A DNA stretch of 64,000 bases from the NCBI RefSeq assembly GCF_009834535.1, contig NC_045697.1:45014001-45078000 (forward strand). Reading direction: 5' to 3'. The stretch is from Camelus ferus. Lineage: Eukaryota. The translations under genes and the position numbers were made by a program. Shown piece by piece: positions 49,894-62,210 of the stretch. The notes under the pieces were generated by a model. The model was not told the origin of the DNA, made no database searches, and was given only the letters and a program-made list of their open reading frames with translations. The first letter of the stretch is position 1. Each line of letters begins with the position of its first letter.

Positions 49894-50272
49894 TGTATTA
49901 GTTTTCTATGGCTGCCATCAACTCCCACAGACAAGGTGGTGTAAACAACAGAAATTGATTTTCTCACAGTCTGGAGACCAGATGTTTGAGGTGAAGGTGT
50001 CAACAGAGTTTGTTTCTTCTGAGACTTCTCTTCTTGGTTTGTAGGTGGCTGCCTTCTCCTTGTGTCTTCATGTGATCTTCCTTATGTGTGTGTCTGTGTA
50101 TAAATTTCCTCTTCTTGTAAGGACCCTGGTTGTTTGGATTGGGGCCCACGCTGATGACCTCGTTTTAATTTAATGACCTCTTTTTAATTTAATCACCTCT
50201 TTTAAGATGCTGCATCCAAATGCAGTCGCATTCTGAGGCGCTGGGAGTTAGAATGCCAGTGTATGACTTTGA
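49894..50272 (-). mobile_element. MLT1A/B-type MaLR LTR
   Basis: tgtattagttttctatggctgcc...aaacaacagaaattgattttctcacag...aatttcctcttcttgtaaggac...cattctgagg; contains a short internal tandem duplication near 50155-50200. Confidence 0.85.
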
Positions 50273-51399
50273 AATCTGCTTATAACTTGCCTCTTCGACG
50301 ATAATCTTTCCCTAAGTTTGCTGCTAGTCTCCAAGCAGCCCCACCTGCAGAGAGGCAAGTGACCACATCCCCAGCCCCTTCCTTCCCTCTTGTTGAAAGC
50401 ACCACGTGCTCATTTCAGATTTGGACCGCTTAGAGCCCACCCATACTTCCCAGATCACTTTGTGCGTGAAGTTGACATCCAGTGCTGCATGGGAACTGTG
50501 CATGGCTAATTCTTCTCCTGTGTGATATTTTCTCATGTTCAAGTTGATGACTTTGCATTTTCATTTTCCTTCCTATTTTTTTCTGAACTCAAAGACAAAT
50601 TAGTGTTCATATCATACAAGTGAATGGACTGTTGGTTGGCGTAACTATCATGTCTTGGTCCTAATGTACCAAAAAGATGTATAATTTTTATCTGTTGTTA
50701 AGAGTTTTCAGATACATTGCCTTACTGGATATTCTTTAAAAGAAATCAAATTATGTGCTGTACATTTTATTGCTAAAGAAATGTAGAACCCCAAAGAGGT
50801 CATAAGAAGTGAGTGTCAAAGCTCTTCTGAAATCCAAGACTTCAGAATTGGGGGCCAGGGCTTTTTCTATTTTATCATTGTTATCTTGTTTATAAGGTCC
50901 TTAGAGCCAGACAAATACTTTTTAAATAAGCATTTACTTTTATGAGCCTATGCTTATTTTATTAACTCATAATTATTTTTTAAATATTTAAAATATTTGC
51001 CTATTTTATAGACTTCGTGTTTTACTTAAAATTTGTAATTATAATTTATGGTGTAAAAGTTCTGAATATTTTTTAAATTAAAAAATAAATATACCTATTT
51101 AAACTTATTTGATAGATTTCTAAATATTCTATTTGTGCTTTTTATAATCTATAATTGTTATACATTTTACTGAAACATTTTTATAAACTTTTAGATTACT
51201 TATGTAATCAATATGTTAATATAAAAATTCTTATAAACTTAGCAGTACTCATAGGATTGTTTGTTGATTGACAGGAGGGGAGGAAATCTACTTATTAAAT
51301 TATAGTGGATACCTAATAATAGATACCTAATATTTCACTCTGAAGAGGGCACCAAGGAAGAATAACAATGAAACATTCGTCATTAACATGAAAAATAAT

Positions 51400-51590
51400 A
51401 TTAGCACTTATTACGTAAGCTTCTTTGCTGAGCTGAATTTTAATTTTAACCCCCCAGACAAACCTCTGATGTAGGTGTCGTCATGTTTTACGTTTGGGGA
51501 AACTGACGCTTAGTGACTCAAAAGCTTAGTCGAGATCTCAAAGCTACCACGTTATGGGGCTGGAATTTGATCTCGTGCCTCTGACTCCAT
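51400..51590 (-). mobile_element. MIR SINE
   Basis: acaaacctctgatgtaggt...ggggaaactgacgcttag...ggggctggaatttga...tctgactcca. Confidence 0.7.
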
Positions 51591-52070
51591 GCTTGTTTCA
51601 TTGTGACACAAGCTGAAGAAATTACAGGATAGAGACAGAGTCAGCAATTACTCATTGAAACCAGGGACATGTTGAATACAGACACTTGAAGCCAATGAAG
51701 CCCATAAGAAAGGCATTGCATTGCTTTGGTCATCTGGCAGGGAGTTACTGACCTCAGTAGCCCATAGTGTCCTCGTCTGTAAATATGAGGTTACTTGTGG
51801 CATCTTCCTTATAAGTTTGCTGTGTAGAAAAAAAAAGAGTGTGTACATACATGCATCTGTACGTGATATATGCATATATATGTTACCTGGGAGCTGTGTA
51901 AATCAGTCCAATCCTTTTGAAAAGCAATAATCAAATGGTAAATAACAAAAGTTGTAAAAAAAAAAAGTCCATATCTTTAGCAGAAGAACTCTACTCCTGG
52001 AAATATATTCTAAAGAAATGATTCAAAAGACCAAAAAAGTATATTTGCATAGCTATTAATTATAGGAAGT

Positions 52071-52620
52071 AAATAGTTTGGTAGTTCCTCAAAATGTGAA
52101 ACATAGAAGTATTTTATGATCTAGCATTTCCACCCCCAGGTGTATAACCAAGAGAAATAAAAACTTGTACGTGAATGTTCATAAATGCTTTATTCATAAT
52201 AGCCCAAGTGGGAACAACTCATATGAGTAAACTGATGAATAAAATGTTGTATATCCATTCAATGGAATTTGGGAGGGAATAAAAAGGATGAAGTGGTGAT
52301 ACATCTGGATAAATTTTGAAAACATGACACTAAATGAAAGCCATAGAACACAACATACTGTATGATTTCACTTATATAAAATGTCCAGGATAGGCAAAAA
52401 TACAGAGGTAGAAAGTTGACTGTTGGTTTCCTAGGGCTGGCGGAGGGGACAGGAGGGCTGGTGAAGGACTGCTAATAGGTAGAGAGGGATGGGCAGGGGG
52501 CATAAATATTCTAAAATTACATTGTGTTACTGGCTGCACAACACTGTGAGTGTATTAAGAAACATTGAATTGGGCACTTTAAATAGGTGACAGAGATGTC
52601 GGTGAATCGTATCAATAAAA
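52071..52620 (+). mobile_element. L1MB-type 3' end, apparently nested in an older L1 remnant (51890-52800)
   Basis: tttggtagttcctcaaaatgtgaaacataga...atactgtatgatttcacttatataaaatgtccaggataggcaaa...caataaaa. Confidence 0.8.
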
Positions 52621-54856
52621 CCTTTAAGAATTTCAAAAAAATTCAAGAGAAAAATGGAAATAATCAAAATATCTATCAATATATCAAATACATATACTCC
52701 ATCCTGTTGATGGAGCATGATGTAGTCTCTAAGTATTATAAACCCCAAAGACTGTGTAACAGCACAGAGTATATGTAACATGATGGTAAATGAAAGTGTA
52801 CAAGAGTGTGATGCGAAGTGGCCATTGTAGCTAAATATACATGCATTTGGATGAAGGCTGGCAGGAAACTCAAGAGTCAGGAGAGTAGGTGAAAGGAACA
52901 TGCCTCCTTCTTTCAGAAGTCCCAGTAATGTTGCTGAGTGTTTCAAAAGCACTCGTTTCAATGTTTCTGGTGAGGTAGCCTTGTGGTAGTTACAGGTGGT
53001 ATTGAAGATGCGTAAAACACAGTAAAGAAAGGACAAAGCACAAGGACATTAAAAAATCAACATGTAAAACATCTAAGAAATAGAAATGTAAATGCAAAAA
53101 TCAGCAGAGCATTTAAGGGATACGGGTACTGTGGGAGGTGCCAGAGGATGGAGAAGCAGGTCAGGCTCTAACAGGATTCTGCACGGAAAACTTACTACCT
53201 GGAATGGTTGCGAGTATGTTCTGTGCTCTGAGCCTCTCTCTGCTGGCAAGTTTTGAGGGCAGGGGATTTTCATGTACTGGAGCTGGTGTAGGTCTGTGAT
53301 AATAACCCAAGGAAGGAAGTATGCACAGTTTACTTAAGTTCACCAAAATTGTACTGGAGTGTGGATAAAGGGAGGAAGTCTGGTCAAGCCTGAGTGAGTC
53401 AACATTTCATGGTCCTCCACCCAGCTCTCCTCCCTTCCCAAGGCCACCTCACCTCTGTGTCTGTGTGCACGACCTTTGCAAAGAAGGAACTCCAGTTGGC
53501 ATGGGTGGAGCAAACCCGAAGTCCGGTTGGTTGGCTTCAACTGTCGAGTTGGGGGCCCAGAAAGAAGAGGGACCAGAGCAGTGGGGTTGATCTGTATCCG
53601 GTCTTTCTTCAAGAACTTTCTCCTTCCTCGGTTGCCACTGAATGCTTAAAATATCACAGTTCCTTCAACGTTCTCCATCCCAGAAGCAGCTCAGGCTTTT
53701 GTGTGGAGCAGCTAAAGAGCTGTGTCAGCGGTTCTTTGAAAGCACCCTATAGGTGGAAGGTGCGGTTATTTTTACTCCAGATAAAGAATGGGTGACAGGA
53801 GGAGGCTGGAGAGAGAGATGGCAGTCTTAAAGTAGAATCTGCTTCCATCTCCAAACAGAACTCATTGTTCCCAGCCCTGCACTGTAGGGAAGAAGGTCGG
53901 GCAGTCAATGGACATCAATGCCCATGTTTCCTATGGAGTATGAAATCAAGATTTCTGAAGGAGGACGCATTCTTTCCTTCAGAGATGTTAAGATTGTTTG
54001 AGCCGGTCAGTGATGCACCACCCTTAAGCAGATGCCACCTGGATGGATCCCACTGCTCGGTCAACTAGCTGAACTTGCCAGGTGATCCCTGCATCCTTCC
54101 TTCTTAAAATCCTTGATTAGTTTTGTCCTTTGGTGCCAGGAGTTACCTTTATATTTCAGACTCCAGGATAAACACTGAAGCTTGTAATTATAGGTCATGG
54201 CACTAACCACTTCTTTGGTCTCCTTTTAGGAATCAGCCTTAGAAAAGTAACCCCAGGTACCTGCCATGGGGAGCTCTCTGAGCAGTTCTGCATCTTCTCA
54301 GGAATGCTCTGAAGTTATTATGGGAAGGAGATAAAGGGGCAATTTTGCCCTTAGTGTGCAGAGAGTGGGAGAGAATGTCCGACTTGCCTGAGGGCTTCAA
54401 CAACTTTTCTCTAATTCTCTATTATTCCGCTTTGTCCAAGTCCATCCTCAGTGTCCCTGTCCCTACATTTAGCAAATGGTGAGTTAGATGGGGAGCAACA
54501 CTTAACCCCAGTCACCTAGCCACTCAGCCATCCAAACAGCAGCAACAGCAAACCCTGCGTGGAAAGCCTGACATGAGGAAAGGAGCCCGGGAAAGGGAAA
54601 CACTATCAGTGATAACTATATGCCCCTGACCCTCTGCGTTTTGAATGTAAACCCATTATTTCAGAAATTCCCTTTTATATACAGCCCAGAATCATCACAT
54701 ATTTTCCCACCCAACAAATAATTTCTGGGTAAGAAATCTCTGTGTTGTGACTCTTGGGTTGCTTTAGTCGTTAGTATGCCCAGTGCAGTCGTATCAAGGG
54801 AATCTTTGGTCTAAAGAAAATCAAGCTGCACAACAACCTGAGAAAACTAGTTACAC

Positions 54857-54870
54857 GTTGCCATAGCAAC
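54857..54870. promoter_or_regulatory. RFX X-box motif
   Basis: GTTGCCATAGCAAC matches the X-box consensus GTTRCCATRGYAAC, in non-repeat sequence. Confidence 0.55.
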
Positions 54871-55864
54871 TGGACCAGCCTCAGAGGAAGGGCAGGTTTC
54901 TTCAGATTCATCTTCTGCATCTGCACATTGACTTCCTTGAACCAGAATCCTGTGTCCTGATCATCATCAACACCGAACCTGTTATTTTCATTAGGGAAAA
55001 AAAAATTGCAGTCACAGTTGATATATTTGGGGCTTTTTCCTTGGTGCCATTCAGTGTCTTTTTATCTCTGAAAGGTGGAATTTGGTAACTGGATCCTTTG
55101 GAACTTTCATTCATGCATTCACTAACATGGTTGGGACTTGAGCCAGCGAGTTTGGTAGTAATTAAACTTTGATGGCTGGAACATGACCTGTGAAATGAGT
55201 TGCTGGTCTCAGCTTAACTCCTAATGGACAAAAATCCACATCCCTCGGAATCCAACCATAACCCTTATTTCCAGACCATAGGAAGAAGTCGGAGGTTTGA
55301 CTCGCTTCTCCTGGGGGCAGAATGCAGGGTCTTTTCCCCGGCAGTGATGCTTTGCCTTTCCAGGCCACAGACAGCTCCACAATTAGTCTCAAAATACCCT
55401 GTGAAATGTGTGTAAATAACACAAACCACATTTACAGGCAGGGCCACCCTGGTCGAAAGTACAAGTTATTTGCCCAGAGTAAGATAATTAGTAACAGCAG
55501 GGGTAGAGATTCCAGAGGGCCCTACTCCATCCCTTTGCAAAGACCACTGAAAAATCTTTCTTTCACTCAAGAAACGTGGCCAATTAATGGACAGCAGGAG
55601 GCAGGGATGGGTCAATACTTGCTGATTCATTTCTAAAGGTCATTTTTATTTTATGGGGTTTTGGTACCTGCTGTTAAGTTTTATTTTATTTTTTTTCAAT
55701 AACAAGTCTCTTGATGTTTCCTCTAATGAGATTGAAAAGAGATTGAAAAATCTGTGTAGTGAGAATAAGAGCTGAGGGTTGGAGAAAGCTCGATCTGCTG
55801 GGATGTTTCTACGTAAAGAAAAGATTCAGCTGAAAAATGGGAAGCATACTCTAGCAGAAAGCAC

Positions 55865-56205
55865 CTGTAACAACATACCACAAACTGGGTGGGTAGGGGA
55901 GGTGGTGCAGAGGGGCTTTATAAACAGCAGAAATTAATTTCTCACAGTTCTGGAGGCAGGACATCTGACATCAGGATGCCAGCACGGTTGGGTAAGGGCA
56001 CTTTTCCAGGTCACATCGCAGAATTCTGGTTGCATCCTCACATGAGAAAAAGGCAAGCAAGCTCTCTGGGACCTCTTTTACAAGGACATTAATCCCATTC
56101 GCTTCCCAAATCATTTCCCCAAAGCCCCACCTCCTCATACCATCACCTTGGGGATTAGGATTTTAACATATGAATTTGGGGGTAACAAATGTTCAGACCA
56201 GAGCA
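55865..56205 (-). mobile_element. MLT1A-type MaLR LTR
   Basis: aaacagcagaaattaatttctcacagttctggaggc...aaagccccacctcctcataccatcaccttggggattagg...ttcagaccagagca. Confidence 0.85.
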
Positions 56206-56224
56206 ATGCATAAGACCTGTATTA

Positions 56225-56780
56225 GATTGTGAAGGACACAAAGATAATTAAGACTTGAGTCCTGTCTTCAGTAGCTCACCTTCCCAGCAGACAGTGACAA
56301 GTACTCTAATAATAGTACATGGATCCTGTGATGGGAGAAATGTATTCTGACTTTAGCCAGAAGTGGAGGAATATAGTGAAATGTTTCTTAGGGAATCTGA
56401 GCTGGGCTTTTTAGGACAGGTAGGAAATCATAGACAGATACTGAGGAAAGAATATTCTAGAAACCAGAAACAGTATAAACAAAAGCACAGATTGGAGTCT
56501 ATTGAAGAAAAACACATTGACCAAATGTGCCTTGAGGTTTAGGTTAAACTGTGGGACAGAGTTGGAACTAAAATGAGAAAGTGAAGAAGAGACACATTTT
56601 GGAGTATTCTGAAAAGTAAGTAGAGAACTTTGGACATTATCCCACATAGAATCAAAGATTCGAAAACCAGAAGTTTAAGTGTGATCGGTGTTTTTATGTA
56701 ATGAGATGTTAGTCAAGTTATTTTTTGAAAAAAGATTCACATAGTCTGATCTATGTTCTAGGGAGATAACCTTAACAGAT
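56225..56780 (-). mobile_element. L2 fragment
   Basis: ggacacaaagat...gaatctgagctgggc...aagaatattctagaaaccagaaacagtataaacaaaagcacag. Confidence 0.55.
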
Positions 56781-57050
56781 TAGGCTCAAAATATTCTGCA
56801 CTTGTGTCAAAATTCCTTCAAAATGTCATAAATGGTTTTGTAATATACCCCTGTACAAGGTTAAATGAGTTTGCACAGACTGCAAACTGAAGATGCTTGG
56901 GCAAAAACGCTGACTCGGGTATTTCAAGTGACAACCATTAAGTTTAAGTGCTTGAGGCACTCTTGTGAGAAACAGGGAAATGGTTTCATGCAGCAGGAAA
57001 GCCAGCCAAGTCCCTGAAATCTCTCTCTCTCTCTGTTTCCTTTCTTATAG

Positions 57051-57134
57051 GACCAGCAATGGAAACCTTCGATGTACGGCAGCATGACTCCAATCTGCTT
57101 TACAAGCCCTCTGATTGAGAAACCAGTTGGCAAA
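57051..57134 (+). other. Candidate 84-nt internal exon of an unidentified transcript
   Basis: Long pyrimidine tract ending tttcttatag| and donor AAA|gtaaga; length divisible by 3 with one open frame (DQQWKPSMYGSMTPICFTSPLIEKPVGK). No homology recognised. Confidence 0.3.
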
Positions 57135-57485
57135 GTAAGAATTAAGTCACTTCTTGTTGAACAGTATGATTCGAGCCTGTTGACTGTTCTTTCTCTTTGT
57201 CTTGAGTTATCTGGGTGACATAATCACATTGATCTCATAAGAGGGGCTGATAAAATCCAAATTTTGAAGTCTTTAGTTGGCCCTAGTGGCATTTGCTCTA
57301 GGCAAAATGTTGAGCTGAGTGATGTTGATCTGAGATCCCTTTGCCTCAGTATCTGCCTGCACTTCCATCGTGATAATGTCCTTCCCAACTCCCGTCAGTG
57401 CCCTGCTTTCTCATTTCGTTGACTCACCTTCCCTTGCCTATCAGAACTTATTAGAAGGAAAGAGGTGGCCTTTAGTCATTTACAT

Positions 57486-58069
57486 TGTAGGGGATGAAAA
57501 AAAATCTATTTTCTCTATTCTCATGGGCTTAGGACATCGGGTGATGCAAATTAAACTGGAAAAAAAAAACAACAGATAAACAGGAGAAAGGGTTTACCAC
57601 TATGAATAAGGAGGCCTTCAGAGAAAAGAAGTGAAGACCCAAAGAAGCAATTGTATTTGAGGCTTACATACCATTTTAACAAAGAGTGATAAGCTGTGGA
57701 GCAGTGACAAGAGACAGGAAAAGGGGGTTGGGCTTCTGTGGGTGGTAAATTGTGAGATGTAAATATATAGGAGAAATTAATGGAAGATTAGGAGTTATTT
57801 AGTAAGGTTTGTTGTGTAAACTCAAGTTGGTGCCTTCCGTAGATGAGTTATCTCCGGTGATTAAAAGTCATCTTCCCGATATGGGAAAGAAAGACACCTT
57901 TACAAATGTATGTTACCTTTGCAAAGGGAAATTTATCTGCTGCTTTTAGACAGAAAGGGAGAGGACAGAGAGCTTTTCCCATATCTGCTATCTCTCAGTT
58001 GCCTTTGGCTCAAGATAGTCCTTATGCCGAAGTGGCATATTTTGGGGTGGCACATTCTGATCCTCTTCA
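57486..58069 (-). mobile_element. MER34-like ERV1 solo LTR with 4-bp TSD
   Basis: Minus strand starts TGAAGAGGATCAGAATGTGCCACCCCAAAATATGCCAC (MER34-family 5' end); TG...CA termini; TSD ACAT at 57482-57485 and 58070-58073. Confidence 0.88.
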
Positions 58070-58234
58070 ACATCTTCGTGTGAAATCCAACCACCATACC
58101 GCCTCTGTCGAACATATTTGTTATTTAAACTGTCTTATGGAACGAAAGACTTTGCCTCTAGAAGAGAAATTACAGGTATTTGCCTAGACTGCTGCTGTTC
58201 CAAACCTGAACTCACACCCACAGTCCCACCAGGG

Positions 58235-58410
58235 AGTGTAGAGCCAAACAGTTAGGAGTGTGGGCTCACTGGAGCCAGCCTGCCTGGGTTCAAATCCCAG
58301 CCCTGCCGTTCACGGGCTCTGGGGCTTTGAGCAAGTCATCTGTAAAGAGGGCTCCATAATAGTACCAGCCTCATGGGACTGTCATCAGAATGAAATAATT
58401 TAATATAAAT
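58235..58410 (+). mobile_element. MIR SINE
   Basis: ctggagccagcctgcctgggttcaaatcccagccctgcc...catctgtaaa...ataatagtacc. Confidence 0.8.
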
Positions 58411-61400
58411 TCACAAGAACAAGAATTTTTTTAACCTAGTTTGTTCACTGTGTATCCAAGTACTCAACAGAGTATGCAAATAAATTGAATGAATGAATAA
58501 ATGAAAAACTATACACATAGTAGACTTAGAGGAAACACACGCTCAATTAATTTGTGTATGTCAAGAAATGGGAGCCGGGGGGTGTTACATGTTAGGAAGA
58601 GAAACAAAACTCTGGTGAGTACATCGAGGACAGTTTCCAGGCAAACCCTAACAGAAGGACCAGTCTACCTGGGGTACCAGCCACCTTCCTGTCCTTTGCT
58701 AGTGGTGCACCTCCGGACCACAGGAAAACCAAAGACTAGGATGAAACACAGTCATTGTCAGCACAAGTCAAAAACAGACAAAAGTTCTTTCAATAGGGCT
58801 TTTCTCTCCAAGATCTAGATATATGTGGGCAGAACTGGAGTTTTTGCAGTTTTTGAAAGGAAATGAATCTATTCTCCCAAAAATTCCTGGTCATTTTGCC
58901 TTGGCGGCAAGTCCTGCCGAGACAGCTTTCTGCAGAGTGTGAACTCCTGGCTGAACAGGAAGCCTCCTTCCCGGGCTGTCAGCGCTGCTGACGTTTTGCA
59001 GGCGTAGCAAGGGGAGCGACCCAAGCTTCTGGAGACTGATGTTCTGGACTTCATGCTCAGTAAGGTCAGCACTTCCCCTCTGCTGACTTCAGTTCCTAGT
59101 AAGAGGAGTATCCTTTGGCCCGAAGATTAAAACAACAAGCAAACAAAACACTCCCTGAACATCACAGAATGTGTTGGCAACAGCTCCATTTCACTGCCTT
59201 GTCCCTGCCTCTGTCCCCTCCGGCCTCACCTATTTTGACTCTGTTTGTATTGGTTCTGAATAGACCACCACTTTGTCTGTGGGGACGGAAAGAAGCCATT
59301 TCAAAGGCTGAGGTCAGAAGTCAGTGAACCCCAGAGGAGTCTTTTGACTAAATTTCATTTCAATCCAATAGTTCTGAGTTTACTCAATGTTTTCCTAGAC
59401 CTGATTTCGATAACAGTAACAACAGTATAGAAATGGTAGAGAGTGACTTTTGGGTGTACTTGTCAGAGAGCAGAAGGAAGTGCAGTGCAGTATGACTATT
59501 CTGGGTTCAGTGGTATTTCGCTTTGTGCACCTGAGGTCTCCCTCCCCACAGGGCAGAGGAAGCAGGGAGGTGTCTGTCTGGGCAGGGACACCAGGACTTC
59601 CCTGGGGTGAGTGGGGCTGCTCCCAAAGGATACTCTTGCTCTCTTTTCTCCCCATAGTTTGGCTTCTGGGCTCATCACACTTTGTGTAAAATACTCTAAT
59701 GAATTCATTTGGCAACCAGCTCTGTGATCCATCCACCTGGAGGGGAAAAATTATGCCAAAAAAGTAAGAAAGGCAAGCTTTAATTATAGGGGTCAATGGA
59801 AGGCAGCACTGGGGGTGGATAATTGAAACCTGTGGTTAATCTGCCCTGAATCCAAACTCTCTTCCACTGCCAAGAAACTTTCTGTTGAGTAAAACACTGC
59901 AAGCTGGACCCGGATGCAATTTCTATCACCCAAATTATGGAGCCCCAAGCTGAACCAAGGACCAATGTTTCCTCATTATGGGAAGAGGGGCAGAGGGGAG
60001 GAAAGGTGGTTTGGTAACACCATTCAGAAAACAGAGGATTCCAATGTGAGCTCATAATAGAAAAAAAAAAAAAAAAGAATATTTTGGAGCCAACTCCAGT
60101 CTTACCAGTAAATGATAAGTCTTTTCATGAGTCGTTATGATTAGAGGGTAGGAATAAAGGAGGGAAACTTCTTGGGGCAGAGAGGGAGAAGCCAGAGAAC
60201 TCACTCTGGCAGCAAGCAAGCCTGGAATGTGTGATTATTCACCCTCCGAACCAAGAAGGGTTTCCTGTTTTATTTTACATAATTGGAGTCAGCGCCTTTT
60301 GAATGGAGCATATGAATTTATGTAAATAAGAATGCAAATGTTAAAAATATGTGTCTTGGGATTTCCTGGGGATGACCCGGCAGCTTTGTCTTCCTTGCCT
60401 TTGCAGCAGCTAAATATTGTGTTGTGAACACTCAGGATGAACTTACTTCCCCAAATCCCACAATGTTATAACTAGAGGACTTTCTTTGTAATTCATAGGA
60501 GATACTCAGGAGAATGAATTAAGACAGACTACTTTAATGTATTTGACAGTAAACATGTTACCCCCAAGAGGTTGCACAGGCTAACAGTAAGTGCAAGGAG
60601 GATTGGAGAATTTCAATTAATTAATGGCAATTCAAAGTGGACTATTGAAAGGGGATTAGAGAATAATGATGGAAACAAAAGCAGGGACTTAGGGAGATAG
60701 GTAACATTAGAAGATGACATAAAATTCAACTTCCATGTTCTCCCACAAAATTCTCACTGGTGCTACGGACAAGACAAGAAAGTGGGCTGAAAGAAGTGTT
60801 AGTTCAACTCAGCAAAGCATTGTGCAGATCATACCAAGTCAAAACAACCCAGGAAAGTGCTGTGACCTCTGACAACTGCATAGAACACACAAGCAGACAG
60901 AGCTGTTTTGGGTTAAGGGTTGTCCATGACCATGGCTATGCCAACATGTCTTTCTCAGAAGAATTCAGATGACAGGTAAACTTGTCCTCAGTCTAAAGAA
61001 ATGTAAATTTAATTCATTATTTGATTTGACTAGGAGGAAATGGAGAGAGAAACCACCTTGAAGGATAGCAGTGTTCTTGAATGGAAGGGTGGCTAAGAAA
61101 GTAATTAAGGCTCCCTGGGCCTTCTGTACTTCTGGGTGAGTAAACGGGAAACTGGAGGAGTTAGGTGGAAGTAACTGGATAAACAACAGATAAAAAGAAA
61201 GGAACTGGTGAACTCAGGATCAGAAAAATATAAAGCTGCTTTATTTTAAAGTTGGGAGGCATCTGTGGGAAGAAAAGAAATAGAGGTGTCCCTTTTTGCA
61301 GATTAATCTTTAGCTCCTTTAGAACTGGAGAATTTTTCTTACCAAAGGAAAATTTAGCTTAGCCAACAAGGGCCATTTTAAGAATAGTCTTCTAAGTCAT

Positions 61401-61839
61401 GGCCCATTGAGAATCTTTGAACTTTACATCATTCTATCATGGCTGCATCTGGATAGACAGCACATATTTTATGAGAACTACCTTGGGACCTAATACTTAA
61501 TATTTAAGGCTCTATGTAACCAAGGAAGATGGAGAAACCAACCCACAGACTAGTCTGTGGCCTACTGCTGCTTCCAAAAAAATACCCAAAGTCAGAAATA
61601 GAATAATCAGAAGATAATAAAAATTTTGAGCAAAGCAAGCCACTATAATTGCTACAACTATAGATAAACATAATTTTAATTTTGGGGGTCGGGGTTGAGT
61701 GTCCCTGATTTGACTGGATCTCTTTCTCTATACATTTAGCTTCTGAACACTGAGGCGAATGCATTAAGCCAAGTATTTTTCTTCTAGGGCTTTTTGTGAC
61801 AAGGTGAAAGAAGTTAAGGAATCAGTTTTCTTCTTCTTC

Positions 61840-62210
61840 TAAGATAGTGGTGGTTTTAGTTGGGCTTATGTCCACCCAGCTAAAGAGCACATTTTTAGCC
61901 TCCCTTGCAGCTAAATGTAGCCATATGATGAGATTATGGCCAATGGGATGTGAATGGAAGTGATGGATGCAATTTCTGAGTCATGCTCTTCATAGGAAAG
62001 GCATGCCCTTCTCACTGGCTGGAATACAAATGTGGCAGAAGCTGAAATAGCCACCTCAGACCAAGAGAGCATGGCAGAGAAACAACATAGAACTGTTGGT
62101 GGCTTGAGTTTAGACTGCCATTGCTTAAGACAGAAATCAACTTGCATCTTGTCTACATCACTGCTAATTTGGCCATTGGTACAGTAGCTGCAATGGTATC
62201 CAGTGCACAA
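61840..62210 (+). mobile_element. MLT1H/J-type MaLR LTR
   Basis: agcctcccttgcagctaaatgtagccatatg...tggccaatgggatgtgaatggaagtgat...ctggctggaatac. Confidence 0.75.

Noticed and set aside
50880..51260. Very AT-rich stretch as a matrix-attachment or origin element
   Set aside because: Composition alone is not evidence; it may be low-complexity DNA or a decayed transposon I cannot classify.
52527..53036. 169-aa hydrophobic ORF
   Set aside because: Largely the antisense of A-rich decayed L1 sequence, which gives spurious Leu/Ile/Phe-rich frames.
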